Shown: one piece after another, positions 46,538 through 59,092 of the stretch
Position numbering within the stretch: the first letter of the stretch is position 1
How the letters are laid out: each line of letters starts with the position of its first letter
NCBI GenBank assembly: GCA_043228905.1
Contig: JBHGNT010000002.1
Coordinates: forward strand, 18,538,001-18,602,000
Direction of reading: 5' to 3'
DNA length: 64,000 bases
DNA from: Azolla caroliniana
Lineage: Eukaryota; Plantae; Polypodiophyta
Position numbers and translations under genes: made by a program
The notes under the pieces: generated by a model
What the model saw: the letters and a program-made list of their open reading frames with translations, nothing else
Database searches by the model: none
Told to the model about the DNA's origin: nothing

Positions 46538-48769
46538 TTAATCTATATCTTCTATGAAGTCCTCAATCTCATCATCATGCTCATGAGAAGTTCCTGTAAA
46601 AATATGACGATATGCCTTGCTTTCTCGCCACAACAAAATGCTAGCATTGAAGTCATGTTCTTCTAGTTCAGGTCCTTCAATAGAGATTCGTATCAATGCA
46701 TCAACCGCATTGTTTTTCAGCCTATTTCTAAACTTATTTTTTATTAGATTTAGGCGACTAAAGCCTCTCTCACATGCTGTTGTAGAAGCACATTGGATTA
46801 AACCTATCAATGCAATCTTTAGAAGTTCGGGTACCTTTTCTTTCCATACATCATTACAATTTATCATACCCCAAACATCTAAGAAATCTCTTCCAAGCCA
46901 TTCCGTGGTAGCTTGCCTTTTGAAAATTGCATATTCATCATACAATTTATCATTATCAATTATGGGAGAAAACGCTTTCCCATCTACCATTTTTTGAATG
47001 CCATAAAAATTTCCAATTGTTTTCAACTCATTAAGACCCATAGTTTTTCGTGCTAAAATGCTTGTAGATCCGGTAGACATGTTCATTGGTGATAACATTT
47101 TCAATGCGCAAAGAGTTACCGGATCTTGAAGCCTCTTTTTTATTGTCTCTATTAATGCCTTAGAAAACAAAGTTTGGAATTGTATGGCTTCAATCAAGTC
47201 CTCACCATCAATACATCTATCCATGATGATGCTTTTATACATATTACCTTTAATAGCATCTCTTAAAACTGAAAGCATTCCTTTTTCTCTACCATATTCT
47301 GGAATAATTGGATAATTATAGTTATCCTTCTCAAAACCATTTAGATCCATCATAACATGATGGAGAAATTGTTCTTCGATCTCCCCAATTGCTATCATAG
47401 CCAAACCTCCAATGCATGTCACATCCACATATTCCTTTTGGAATTCCATACTTAACGTTGACATGATCTTAAGTACATCTGCAAGAAAGTGAAGCATATA
47501 CACTACTTTGAAGTTTCTTAAACTTAAGAATATATTGTATGCATCACTTTGCGATTGTAAAGTCTTCATCAAGGGTTCATACACATCACATACCCTCATG
47601 ATAGCACCATGCCGACTAAGCCATCGTGTTTTCACAATCCCAAGAATATGCAAGTGTGTGTATTCTAGTGCATCTTGCATCTTAGTTAATTCACCTTGGC
47701 GTAGTGAGCTCCTCGAGAAATGTGCAGCCACCCGATTCACAAGGGCATCTAACTGCTTACATGTTTCTTTGACTTCAATGTTCTTTGAAGCCTCTTGCAC
47801 ACACAAGTTTGTTCGATGTGCACAACAATGTAAGGAAGTCATAAATGGGTTATATGACTTCAATCTTGTAGCAACACCTGTAGACATACCTACCATAACA
47901 GATGCTCCATCACTTCCGAATCCCATCATTTTTCTAACATCTAAGTTCCACTTTTTTAACAATGCTAAAATGCTTTCTGTTATTGTGTTTGATGTACCAT
48001 CCTCTACTTCAAGTAACCCCAAATAAGAGGTTCTTACTTGCCTTCCTTCCACAAATGTAGCATAAAGAATCAAGTTCTTGGTTACGCTTACATCGGTAGC
48101 TTCATCTACCATAAGCCCAAACCAAGGACTTTTCCTCAACCTATCATAGATCTCAGCTTCAAGAGCCTTGCTAATGTGCAAGATAAAGCTTGCACAAGCC
48201 TTATTATCATTATACATTCGTGGAAGGCCTTCCACACCACATTCTCTTAACAATCGTAAGAGGCTTTCCAATTTTCTAAATGCTAAATCCTCTTTAGCTA
48301 TAAAATATGCACATTTAAACAATTTTTCAATTGCTACATCCACACTTGCTTTTTTTTTGGATGCACATTTTTCAAGACCATTCTTGTCTCGTTCTTGTAA
48401 CAAAATGGCATCTCGATGGGCCACACTTCTTGCATGTTCTTCTAATGCGGAAGTCTTAAAGTTTTTGGCACCTGTTTTGCCAAATGAAGACTTACTATGA
48501 GGATCACTCCTACAATAACTACACCATAAAAGACCAGTTTCTAAATCCTCTTGAAGCCACTTAAATTTAGTAAGACAATCTTCTTGAAATTTTAGTTTGG
48601 CCTTACTAATTCTATTCATCTCATGAAGTAATTCTTCAGAGTGTTGATGGTCCTTTATAGGCTCTTCTAGAGACACATCTTCTTTAGATGGCAAGTTTTT
48701 CCTAAAGCCGGGCATTGTAAAGAGGCTAATTTGCTTTCCTTTGCCTTTCATATTTTTGTTTTGGGACAT
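46538..48769 (-). CDS. hAT transposase (ZNF862/Tip100-like), intact, about 743 aa from the first ATG
   Basis: Zn finger WCSYC...H...H; VDEATD, SDGASVM, HCCAH, KTRWLS, CERGFS..N.IKNKFRNRL dimerisation region. The ATG at 48769 follows a splice acceptor at 48779-48780. Confidence 0.95.
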   Translation of the reverse strand: MSQNKNMKGKGKQISLFTMPGFRKNLPSKEDVSLEEPIKDHQHSEELLHEMNRISKAKLKFQEDCLTKFKWLQEDLETGLLWCSYCRSDPHSKSSFGKTGAKNFKTSALEEHARSVAHRDAILLQERDKNGLEKCASKKKASVDVAIEKLFKCAYFIAKEDLAFRKLESLLRLLRECGVEGLPRMYNDNKACASFILHISKALEAEIYDRLRKSPWFGLMVDEATDVSVTKNLILYATFVEGRQVRTSYLGLLEVEDGTSNTITESILALLKKWNLDVRKMMGFGSDGASVMVGMSTGVATRLKSYNPFMTSLHCCAHRTNLCVQEASKNIEVKETCKQLDALVNRVAAHFSRSSLRQGELTKMQDALEYTHLHILGIVKTRWLSRHGAIMRVCDVYEPLMKTLQSQSDAYNIFLSLRNFKVVYMLHFLADVLKIMSTLSMEFQKEYVDVTCIGGLAMIAIGEIEEQFLHHVMMDLNGFEKDNYNYPIIPEYGREKGMLSVLRDAIKGNMYKSIIMDRCIDGEDLIEAIQFQTLFSKALIETIKKRLQDPVTLCALKMLSPMNMSTGSTSILARKTMGLNELKTIGNFYGIQKMVDGKAFSPIIDNDKLYDEYAIFKRQATTEWLGRDFLDVWGMINCNDVWKEKVPELLKIALIGLIQCASTTACERGFSRLNLIKNKFRNRLKNNAVDALIRISIEGPELEEHDFNASILLWRESKAYRHIFTGTSHEHDDEIEDFIEDID

Positions 48770-49115
48770 ACTATAAGTCTGTAACAATAATGCAGAGAAT
48801 GTTTGACTAACATAATATAAGAAGGTGAAACCTACATACACAATCCATGTTTCTAAAAAGGATTAAAAATTATGCTAAACATAGGAGCCTCAAGCGACCA
48901 ACTCAATCTACTGGACTTTACATTTCATAGATTCACATCCATGATCTTCCCTCATGCTAAAGTTGGGCTTATTACTTATCGCCCCACCTTAACCTTAATC
49001 ATAACTACTGATATTAATGAGATCCATACATCTATGCAATGACTAAACTTTCTTAGTAATCTAGTGAAAAATCTGTCTTTTTATCATACATACTAGATTT
49101 AAGCATATTATAAGT

Positions 49116-49961
49116 ATGGGTTGTTCATCTTCAAAGTCGTTAGGAAGAAAGAGGAGAGGAATAGAGTACTTTGTTCCACAAAAAGCCATTACTAATGGTA
49201 CTAGTACTACTACTAACTCTAGTAATGTTATGAATAAAAGTTGGTCTGCCCCTGTTTCAAGAACTGTATCAGAACCCATAAATTATCATCATATTGAAGA
49301 AGAAGATGAAGAAAAAGAAGAAGAAAGTGAGAGAAACAGAGTGAAAGACAGGCATCATGTCGTTCCCCTTGCTTCTAGATCAAGCTATGGTTTTCTCAAG
49401 CTCAGTGACAAAAAGGATGATTTGGGCCACATTTATAATAACCTCAAATCATTCAGAATAGAGCTTAATCCGATCATTGAAGAAGAACAAGAGGAAGAGC
49501 AAGAAGGTATGGGTCACCCTGATCAACATAGCATTCATGCTGATAATGGTGTAGATCAATTGGAAACTATTAATGCATGGGAGCTAATGGAAGGATTAGA
49601 TGATGATGATGATGATATTGATGATGGTCATGGTCATTGGGATGGTCATGGTCTTGGTCTTGGTCAAGAAGGAGGAAAGCCTCTAAATATAGAAAGGTCT
49701 TTATGTTTTAATAGGATCCATGATCTGGAATCTTGCTTTGATCGAGAGGCTAATTCACCTCTATGGAAACCTTATAATGACTTCACAAGACAAAAACCTA
49801 AAATGCAGCATCCTCACCATCAACATAGGAGGTTCAAATCTTGTGAAGGCCTTGATGTAATGCTAGAAGAAGAAGAAGAAGAGAAGGAACAATATGATTG
49901 TTATTCTTACATGAAAAAACCTATGAAGTCTACTACCATGTATACAACAATGGGGATTTAA
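49116..49961 (+). pseudogene. Captured N-terminal fragment of a plant glutaredoxin-domain gene (At3g28850/At5g39865 family) inside the hAT
   Basis: MGCSSSK, HHVVPLASRSSYGFL and ETINAWELMEGLDD match that family's N-terminal motifs. The GRX domain is absent. Confidence 0.75.
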
Positions 49962-50729
49962 TTTCTTCATTTTTGCACAAAAATAGAGCTTTTATTAGCC
50001 ATGCATAAAGACCTCAACATGCAATATAATTATGAAAGAATTAGATAATTGAATGTTTTATTATAGCTCATCTCCAACAATAATGAGCACAACCTCAAGA
50101 GACAAGACATTGTTTAGCTAGAGGAAAGCCAAAATACATACCTCATAAGAAAAATGAGCAAAATCCATACCTGAGAGTGGTGGTTTGTGCACAGGGAAGA
50201 ACAAGTAGGGAGCAGTGACCAGGGAACAAGGAGTATCGATCAAAGAGTAGAGACCAAGGAATAGGGAGCAGGGAACGGGAAGCAACAATAGGGATAAGCA
50301 AATAGCGACTGTGAGCAGCGAATAGGGATCAAGAAACGTAAGGTCTCGAGTCTCGACTCTTGACTCTCAGGAGGGAAGAAAGGGGGAAAGAGGGGGAAAG
50401 AGGGGGAAAGTTAAAACTATATTTTTGTTATATATACATACCTATATTTTTAAAAAACTATATAACTAGCCGGTTGAAAAAATATCAACCGGCTAGATTC
50501 CTGTTGGTAAGATAACCTGGCCGGAATCAATTCCGGCATTCCCCCACCTTGGCCGGCAAAAGTCCCAATGCAACCGGAAGGCTGACACTGTTCCTGGGAC
50601 TTTGCCCAACACTGGCTATGATGTATGCTATTTTAAGCTTTACTTCTAGGATTCTAAGAGAAATATGAGTTATAGCAAATCCCAACATCCCCCTTTCGTT
50701 TGCATAGTTTCTCTTGGCCCTTGGGGCAA

Positions 50730-51229
50730 GCAGGCATTAATATAAGTTTGTAAATGAAAGGTTGTTTATCAGGATTCGGTGACACCAATTTCATTTTGAC
50801 TATAATAACAATTTAGTAGTATAAGTCATCAAAGACGAGTTAAAACTACATAGTCAACCTAAATGAATCATTCTAGTTCCAATGTGGCCGAAAATACAAC
50901 CTTTTATTTGGCTCGTGAGGGATAAGTATGGAAGATAACCCGAGAAGGTCCTTTTGAGGTATATGCAGGCATTAATATAAGTTTGTAATATGTATAAGTT
51001 TGTAATATAAGTTTGTAAATGAAAGGTTGTTTATCAGGATTCAGTGACACCAATTTCATTTTGACTATAATAACAATTCAGTAGTATAAGTCATCAGAGA
51101 CAAGTTAAACCTACATAGTCAACCTAAATGAATCATTCTAGTTCCAATGTGGCCGAAAATACAACCTTTTATTTGGCTCGTGACGGATAAGTATGGAAGA
51201 TAACCCTAGAAGGTCCTTTTGAGGTATAT
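50730..51229. repeat. Tandem duplication of about 235 bp
   Basis: 50730-50964 is repeated at 50965-51229, with extra TATAAGTTTGTAA copies in the second unit. Confidence 0.93.
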
Positions 51230-52124
51230 TAAAGCCCACTATTTTTTTTGAATTATAAAATAACTCAAGACTAATGTTGGGTTTTGTAAACGCTTAGTAA
51301 TTTAGACCACTCATAACTTATCAACCTATAGTAATAGCATCACAAGTGTTTATGCCACATTTACTTATGTTGTGTGGTGTGTCCAACATTAATTTGAGGT
51401 CATATAGCTTTTCAATACGCCATGCTAAAATTACAATGGTTTTGCTCTTTGGATGACAGGAGATCATGTTGTCTTCTCATTGAATGCATTTCACAACATT
51501 TAAAAAAATGTAGCTCTTCCATGTCCATCACGACAAACAATATCAATATCATATCCCATAATTGTCACCATGTACTTTTAATATTGAATTTGAGAAACAC
51601 CATTTCATTCCAAATATAAAAACTTTTATCAGAGTTGAATTGTTTTTAAAGATGAAGTAGGTGTTTTAATCCATGTAAGTACTTTATTCAAATACTTAAT
51701 GCTCTTGCTATCATAGCACAATAAAATCAAACATTTGGAGAATATTTTCTTCTTCTTCTAGATCTCCTTGTGAAAATGTGGTTTACACATCCATTCAATA
51801 CATCTTTTAGCATTAATGGCATATCAAGATAATGAATGACAAAGCTTTTTGTAGAAGGCTGAAGCACAAGCAATTGGTGCAATTGTTTCATAATTTAGTA
51901 TACCTAATTCTTTTCTCCTAGATATTATCCTTTCATAATCAATATTGCTCTATGTTTATCCAAGTATTAATGGCATTAGATATGTTACAAAAGATCAATT
52001 ATAAATTTTATGCTAGTGAGCATGCACCATCTAAAATCTAAGTGACATTTCTATGAGTAGAGTTGATTTCATGTTGCATCACATCCTTCAAATTTTATGA
52101 TTGTTTGGAAAAACACTATCTTCA

Positions 52125-52492
52125 TGTTGAGAAGCAAGCTCAACATGGTCCGGATCCGTTGAATAAGACGAGAGCCGGATTGGATGATGACTCATCACCT
52201 AGGCCCGGATCAACTAAAGAAGCAAGGAGTCGGATCGACGAGGAGCTAACAGGCCATTAGAGACCTACACTCCTGGATTAGTAGGTAGGAATAGTTTTAG
52301 GGGTTAGCGTGAGATGCTTTTATGAGAGCATTAAAGTACTAAGAATACTTGTGTCATCCCGCTGTTAGGGCTTGTATAAAAGTGTTCAATGAGCACATTG
52401 TACACAGAGAATTGAGTTTTTCGTCTTCTTCCATCCCTCTCTCTCTCTCTTACAATGTATCTTCATACTCTTTGTGTTTTCTCTGTTGTTGT
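52125..52492 (+). mobile_element. 5' part of an LTR (7695/25811 family), truncated by a nested element
   Basis: Starts TGTTGAGAAGCAAGCTCAA...CCGGATC; TATA region similar to 7925-7990. Confidence 0.65.
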
Positions 52493-54146
52493 TGTTGTCC
52501 TAGAGTATGATCTGGAGGACTAATGTGTGCAAGGACGAGTTAGGGAATAATATTAGTAGAAGCATAATTATTAGTTACAAAACATTATTGGAACGGACGG
52601 ATCCGGATAATTGTACCAATCTGGATCCGCATCGATTGATAGTGCCGGTAGCTGGTAAGGCACTGTTTTGTATTTCCTACCGGATGCCTATAAAAGGATC
52701 TGAGAATTGCTCTAATGTTTAACGGAAGTAATAGAAGTTAGTGTTTTGTTTTAATCCTATTGTGTTTGGTTTGCTTCCCGTTCTGTGCTTTAATTCTCAA
52801 TCTTACACATGTTATATCTAATCGGTTGTGTGTTAACCAATCTAGAAACTATCCTGAAATAGTCGGATTGGAATTGGATAAGCATCGGAGCATACCCATC
52901 CCCTAACCACCCCCCTTGGTGAAGTATTCTGGAACGGACACCTTGTGTTTGTGGCTAGTCCAACCCAGGATCAACACAGTTTTGGCGACCACAATTCTTG
53001 CACAAAGTAGCGAATGACGGGGAATTGATGATTAGATTGACAAACGATCCAATGACCAAATGAGCGAGGAGACTAGTCGAGAGATTGTGGAGGTGGGAGG
53101 CCTAGCAGTAGGGGTTCGTGGAGTTTCGACATGATCGGTCTTTTCCCAAAGACATTCAACAGGTCGGAGAGGAGACAATCCGGTTGTAGAATCAATGATA
53201 TCCTGATAAAGACAATAACTTGAGCAATCTACACGAAGCAGAATCGACAGTGCAAACCCTAGCCATAAGCACCATGGACTTGGAAGCATTTTCAACAATC
53301 GAGTCGAAGTCGGACAACGAACACAACGTCCACTCCAACTACCGATCCAATCACAACACTACCGACGAATCGGAGGAAGACGGATGTGAGCACATGCCAA
53401 CACCAAAATCAGAGATGATGATGTAACTTACACCACCGGCGAACGAGGAGAATCAGGAACAACAATCAGAAAAGGAAAATAAGCTCATGTTGATGCCACC
53501 ATCACACAAACAGGCGAAGGAGGACGATCGAGTATCGACGCCACCATCGGAACAACCTTTAGATGACGACAACATGTCGTACCCGTACCACAATTACCAA
53601 GATGAACCAGATGCGGAAGCACATGTGTACGCATTTTTGCAAACATGGGAGGCAAACCATGTTTCACAATGATTGACGGAAGCCGAAGCCGAGCTATTGA
53701 AAATCGCGGAATTCGGCATGACCGTGGAAGGACCATTGCCAATATGGCATGCAAAGCATCTTCCCGGTAGCTTTACTATGTTTCAAGCCCCGAGGGATAA
53801 ATTTCTACGACTATTTCACCGTTACATGGCAGAGAGGGATCTTGTCGGACAATTTTATACGACCTATCAAGAACCCAAGGAGACAGTCCCACAGTTCATC
53901 ATCCGATTTCAGACACTTCATAGTCAGTTTACGAGGGCACCCCTAGAGGATGAAGCAAAGGCAGTATTTTTGGCTACACTTTGGGAACCTCTCTGGACAA
54001 TGCTCGTAGTGTTGGACTTCCGGACCAACACCATTGATCAAGTTATCGATCTGGTGTTGGAAATGGATAGGGCCCAAAACAATAATTACATGGTAATGGG
54101 GGCCCTACAACGAGTGCTGCCTATAGAAGAAGACCTGTGAATCCGA
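52493..54146 (+). mobile_element. Ty3/gypsy (Athila/Tat-like) 5' LTR 52493-52976, PBS remnant and decayed gag
   Basis: Inverted termini TGTTGTCCT...AGGATCAACA; TGGCGACCAC at 52983; retrotransposon gag 53487-54140 (DAEAHV..F, Q.PKETV.QFI.RF). Confidence 0.7.
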
Positions 54147-55717
54147 TGTCGTGTGGTTCTTCACACATGATATGAAAAATAATGAAATAGTTATTTTAGA
54201 TTAGCTTAATGGCTTGAGATGAAAAGATAAACATCTTCAAGAGCTTCCAAACGCATTTTACTACATGAAATGGACACCTATGTATCAAGTTATGTGTGTA
54301 TGAAGCTAGAGAAGTTGGGGGAACAAAACTATAAGATTTCCCACATAGACAAGAAAACATCGGATCCAACAGTATATAAGCAGACCTAGAACCCATTAGT
54401 TCGTATTTGTGTGTTCAGAGCACGGACAAGTTGAATCGATCCGAAGTTTGGAACGGAACGATCGGGGTTACCACGCACAGATATGAACTAATGGGTTTTG
54501 GGTCTACTTATATACTGTTGGATCTGATGTTTTTCCTATCTATGTGGGATATCTTACAATTTTGTTCACCCCATTTGTTAGAATTGCTCCGAACGACTTG
54601 AAGGATAGATCATAACAGGGGTTCTAGGTCTACTTATATACTGTTGGATCCAATGTTTTCCTATCTATGTGGGATATCTTACAGTTTTGTCCCCCCCCCC
54701 CCCCCCCCCGCCCATTTGTCAGAATTGCTCGGAATGGTCGGAACTGCTCGAAACGAATGGATGCGTCTGAACGGGCCGGACGGATGGATGCAAAAGAACT
54801 CCTTGAGACGGTCAGAATGGATGGATCGGAATGGATGCGAAAGGATAGATCGGAACGGCCAGGACCGATAGATGCGGAAGAACTGCTCGGGATGGCTGGA
54901 TGCGAAAGAACTACTTAGGACGGCCGAGGCGATCTGTAGGACACGAGTCGAACTGTACGGATGATAGGATCATGCGGCTTAATTGTAAGGACGGTCACAT
55001 GTGGGATACTGTAACTGAATGTGGAGGACATGCAACTAAAGTAAATGCCATGTGGGATGCATGCAACTGAATGTGAAGGTCATGCAACTGAAGTAAATGC
55101 CATGTGGGACTCATGCAATTGAACTAGAAATGCAAACTGGAGTTCCTTCATGCAAGTGTATCTTCGAACATGCAATTGAAGGGGGAAAAAACTCTCATAC
55201 TTAAGAAAGGAAAGAAATACCCGGAATCCTAGAAAGGGGAGAGCAATATTGTTTTTGCTCATAGAATCTTACAAATTGGAAGGAAAAATCTATCACTCAA
55301 GAAACCCTAACCCTATTTTTTTTCTTATCTAAGCCATATCTGATAAACCCTAAAACTTTTGTAATCCCAATCTTGGGATAGATTGTAATTTTTCTTTTCT
55401 TTGCTAATGAAAATAACTAAACTTTCTCATTTTGGTTAATTTATAAAACATAAACGCACGAATTTGGTATCCTTAGGTCAGAGGCCCTAGGGTCCCCCTC
55501 AAGTTCACATTTCTTTGTCGTATTTTCGTGACATCTTTGGTGAACCCGACGTGAAATGAGGCGGGAGGAGGATATCAAGTGTGATGATGGCTTCGACAAG
55601 AGGAACTCAAGGAGAGGAATTGATGAAAGGCATGGTGTCTATCTTGGAAATCATGTTGAAGGCAAGAGATCGGGAGGCTTTAATCGACAAAGTTGTTGAT
55701 CGAACAATGGAGATAGC

Positions 55718-56075
55718 TATCATGGATCATAAGCTCAAGAGACAAGCAAGAAGATAACCAAATGGACAAGAAAGAAGATAGTATTAAAGGAAAGTCTCCA
55801 TAATTGGTGTTGTTCACCTTGAATTCCTTCGAGGTGAACTCCTCTATTTATACTACATGGCATGCATACTTGTTGCACGCATGTGAATCTACAATAGAGC
55901 ATGTAGGTATGCATGCATGTGCGAAGTGTAAATACTACAAGGGAGCAACTATGCACATGATGCTAGCAAAATAATAAGGACCAATTACATACATACATAA
56001 CTATGTACTAGATATCTTGGTTAACTCATAATACTAGATTATAACATGGTCGTGTCAAGAGTTCGAATCTTGACA
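55718..56075 (-). mobile_element. Solo LTR (chromovirus-like) inserted in gag
   Basis: TSD ATAGC (55713-55717, 56076-56080); termini TATCA (mutated TGTCA)...TGACA; removal restores MEIARRFGGKNI. Confidence 0.8.
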
Positions 56076-59000
56076 ATAGCTAGACGATTTGGTGGCAAGA
56101 ACATCATCTATCGGAATGAGATGCAGTAGAGGGATGTCCACGATTTGAAACCAATTTCTAGCTTTAAGCATGTGGTGGAGCCAGGGATCTGCAAGCGCGT
56201 CATGGAGATCCAAAACAAGCACACAACTTGGGCAGAGTTTGAAAAGGCGCTTGTTGCAGAATACATGCTTGAAGATGTGTTAAGGATGTCTTGATATACG
56301 CCAATGATTTGGATCGAGAAGAAAGGGAAGAATCTGTGTGCGTTAGAGTATATGCGGAAGTCAACTAGAAGTACAACTGACTTCCGAGTGCTGATGAACG
56401 AGTTCTCGATGGAGATAAAGTCTTGCCGTTCCTGAAGGTGGTGGATATGAAAGACTGACGAGAATTGGGCAGCCTTTTGGAGGATGAAACGCAACCAAAT
56501 GGCTTGGTAGCGGACTGGGTGGCGGTGAAGATGGCTTGCAACCGTCTTGATAAGCGTCGACAATGGCTAGAGGAAACTAACGTGAAGAATCCACAACCGT
56601 GGAGGTGGAAGGCGCCTGTGACGATCGAGCCTAGCAAGCCGATCAACAATTTCGACAAGAAAGCGATGGAGGAATCTATAATCGAATAGTTCTCCAAGAA
56701 TCTTGAAGCGGTATCACTGGCAAACTTAGGTCAACGCTGGCCCAAGAGAAAATAAGCGTTTAGATGTGTGTAGTGCGACAACTTGGAACACTCACGAAGG
56801 GAGTGTGTTGACTTGCAAGATGTGATTCGCAAGAACGTCATCTATTTGGACGGCAATATGATCCACTCGAGCGAGACTCGGAAGTCACTACAAGTGAATT
56901 TCGGAAGAGGCAGGCTAAAAAAGATTGTGGAAGAGGAAGACGCAAGGCATAAGGAAGCTATGCACTATGCCGCATCGGCTGGGATATGAGTTGGTAAAGA
57001 GAATCTAAAAATGATCAAGCCAGGAGCAGGGTTTTGGCCGATGGTCTTCGAGTGCGAAAAAAAAAGGCAAAATCAATTTGGAGGAACTAAAGCTTGCTGA
57101 TCGGAATGTGCGACGAGTTACCGGATGGTTAGATCCAGTCGACGATAACACAAGCTTTGTGGAGGTTGTGTGCGACAACTATGAAGTTCTTGTCGAAGAG
57201 ACGAGGAAAAGAATTGGTGAAGAAGATGGCACATCACAACGTCCGAACACGAGGAATGCAGGAAAAGAAGGGCAAGCCCAACCTACGCCACGAAAAGAGG
57301 TTGGAGAAATAAGCATGAAGCTCGATGGATTGATCTAACCTGCTTAGATGGAAGTTGATGAATTTGTGAGGAAAGGAAAAGAACAAGCGACGCCAACTTA
57401 CAAGTTAAGGTCGGACATTGAACAAACAACTGACCTGCAGAAGGTACTTGAGGAGAAGGTTTTAGATAGTCATGTCAACCTTACTTTGAGAGAACTGTTT
57501 GGGATCGCTAAGAAGGAGTTCCATGATACTATCGTGGACCTTATTAAGCGGAAGCAGCAACAATCGGATGAAGAGGAGGTGAAAACAAGTGCCATAACCA
57601 TGGCAAGATTGGAAAGGAGGAGGAAGAAGAAGTGATGGCGGACAACCATTACTCTTGACCTCATTGGGCAAGAGCGACAAGGGAGACGCCGGTGAAAATC
57701 GTGGAGAAGAAAGAGGTTGTGGTAGCCTTGATTGACGATGACTTGGAGATCAACCTCATGTTGACCGAGTTCTACAAGAAAGGAAGATGGCCGATTAATA
57801 CGAACCACAGATGGAAGATTTGAGCGGCGACGAAGGCTACAGAGGACTTGTACAGAGCTTTCCCCAATGTTAAAGTCACGATCGGGGATGTGGAGATTTA
57901 TAAACACTCCTTCGTGCAAGACTCGGCTTCACATCCTGTCATCCTAGGATAACCGTATATCACATCATCCCGGATGGAGACCAAGGTGTTCGATAATGGA
58001 GCAGCCTTCGCATGAGTCAAGAGTCTTGGTAGTCAAAGATCTGTTCAATTCCTGACAGTGCAAGCTAATCATGAAAGGAACCAAGATAACCTTGGAGGTG
58101 AATCCTCAGATTTTTAGAGCGGACTATTGAAGTGTGGGGCACAAATAGTCTGGGCAATCGTAAGTCCCCACAAGGAAGTAGACCGCGTGGATTGCAAGGA
58201 GAAGCAACATGTGTCACACCTAGTGGCACATGTAAACTAACACTACTCAACAAGAAGGAAAAGCATTGAATACAAGACTTTGAGAAGGTGCTGAAAGAAG
58301 AAAGCATAATAGGAGAAGAAGAATTCGCGACGCATATTCTGGAAGAAGCCTCATTTAACGACACCATCAACGAAATCGAGGAAGTCATGGACTTGAGCTA
58401 TCTTCACGATCAACACGTGATTTCTGTTAACTCCGTCAACATGTACGCTGTCATCGATGAATATTATCAAGGCATCTTGATGGAGGAAGCTGAAGTCAAC
58501 ACAAAATATAAAACTATGGATAGGAAGATCAAGCCAGTTGCAGTTTCACTACTGGAAGATAGCTGGCAAAATATGAAGGAAGTTGCAAACAATCCAAGAT
58601 TAAGGAATCCGAAGACAATAGGTCACGTCTTCACTAAGGAGACGAAAGGAAAGCTACAAAGTTGGAAGGGAGGATTTCCTCCCCCCTAAAGAGGAGCGAA
58701 TGTTCCGTAGAAAGCTTGAAAGACATGGGAAGGCTTTCACATTTTTCCCACAGGAAATTGGATGTGTTGATCCAAGGAGGATAGAACTGATGGTGATCTT
58801 CATGGTGCCGCATGTGCCTTGGAATTTGAAACTGATACCAGTTCCAAGAGCACACCTACTGAAGCACATTGAGCTCTTAAAGGAGAAGGTGAATATGGGA
58901 ATTCTGGAACTGTCGAACGCTCCTTACTCTAATAGGTGGTTCACGGTGCCAAAGAAGGTGACAATTCGGTGACAATTCGGCATCAAGGTGACAATTCGGA

Positions 59001-59092
59001 ATGTTGGAATCGGTTCGAGTGTGGATGAATTTGCTGAGGCGTTTGTGGGCTGGTCCATCTACTCCATTGGCGATCTCTACTCTGTATACGAT

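Larger units (their letters stand above)
46183..50614 (-). mobile_element. Complete hAT DNA transposon, 4432 bp
   Basis: Perfect 16-bp TIRs CAGTGTTGGGCAAAGT / ACTTTGCCCAACACTG and perfect 8-bp TSD GCTATGAT (46175-46182, 50615-50622). Confidence 0.97.

Noticed and set aside
49116-49961. Independent complete host gene
   Set aside because: It lies between the hAT TIRs and lacks the C-terminal glutaredoxin domain.
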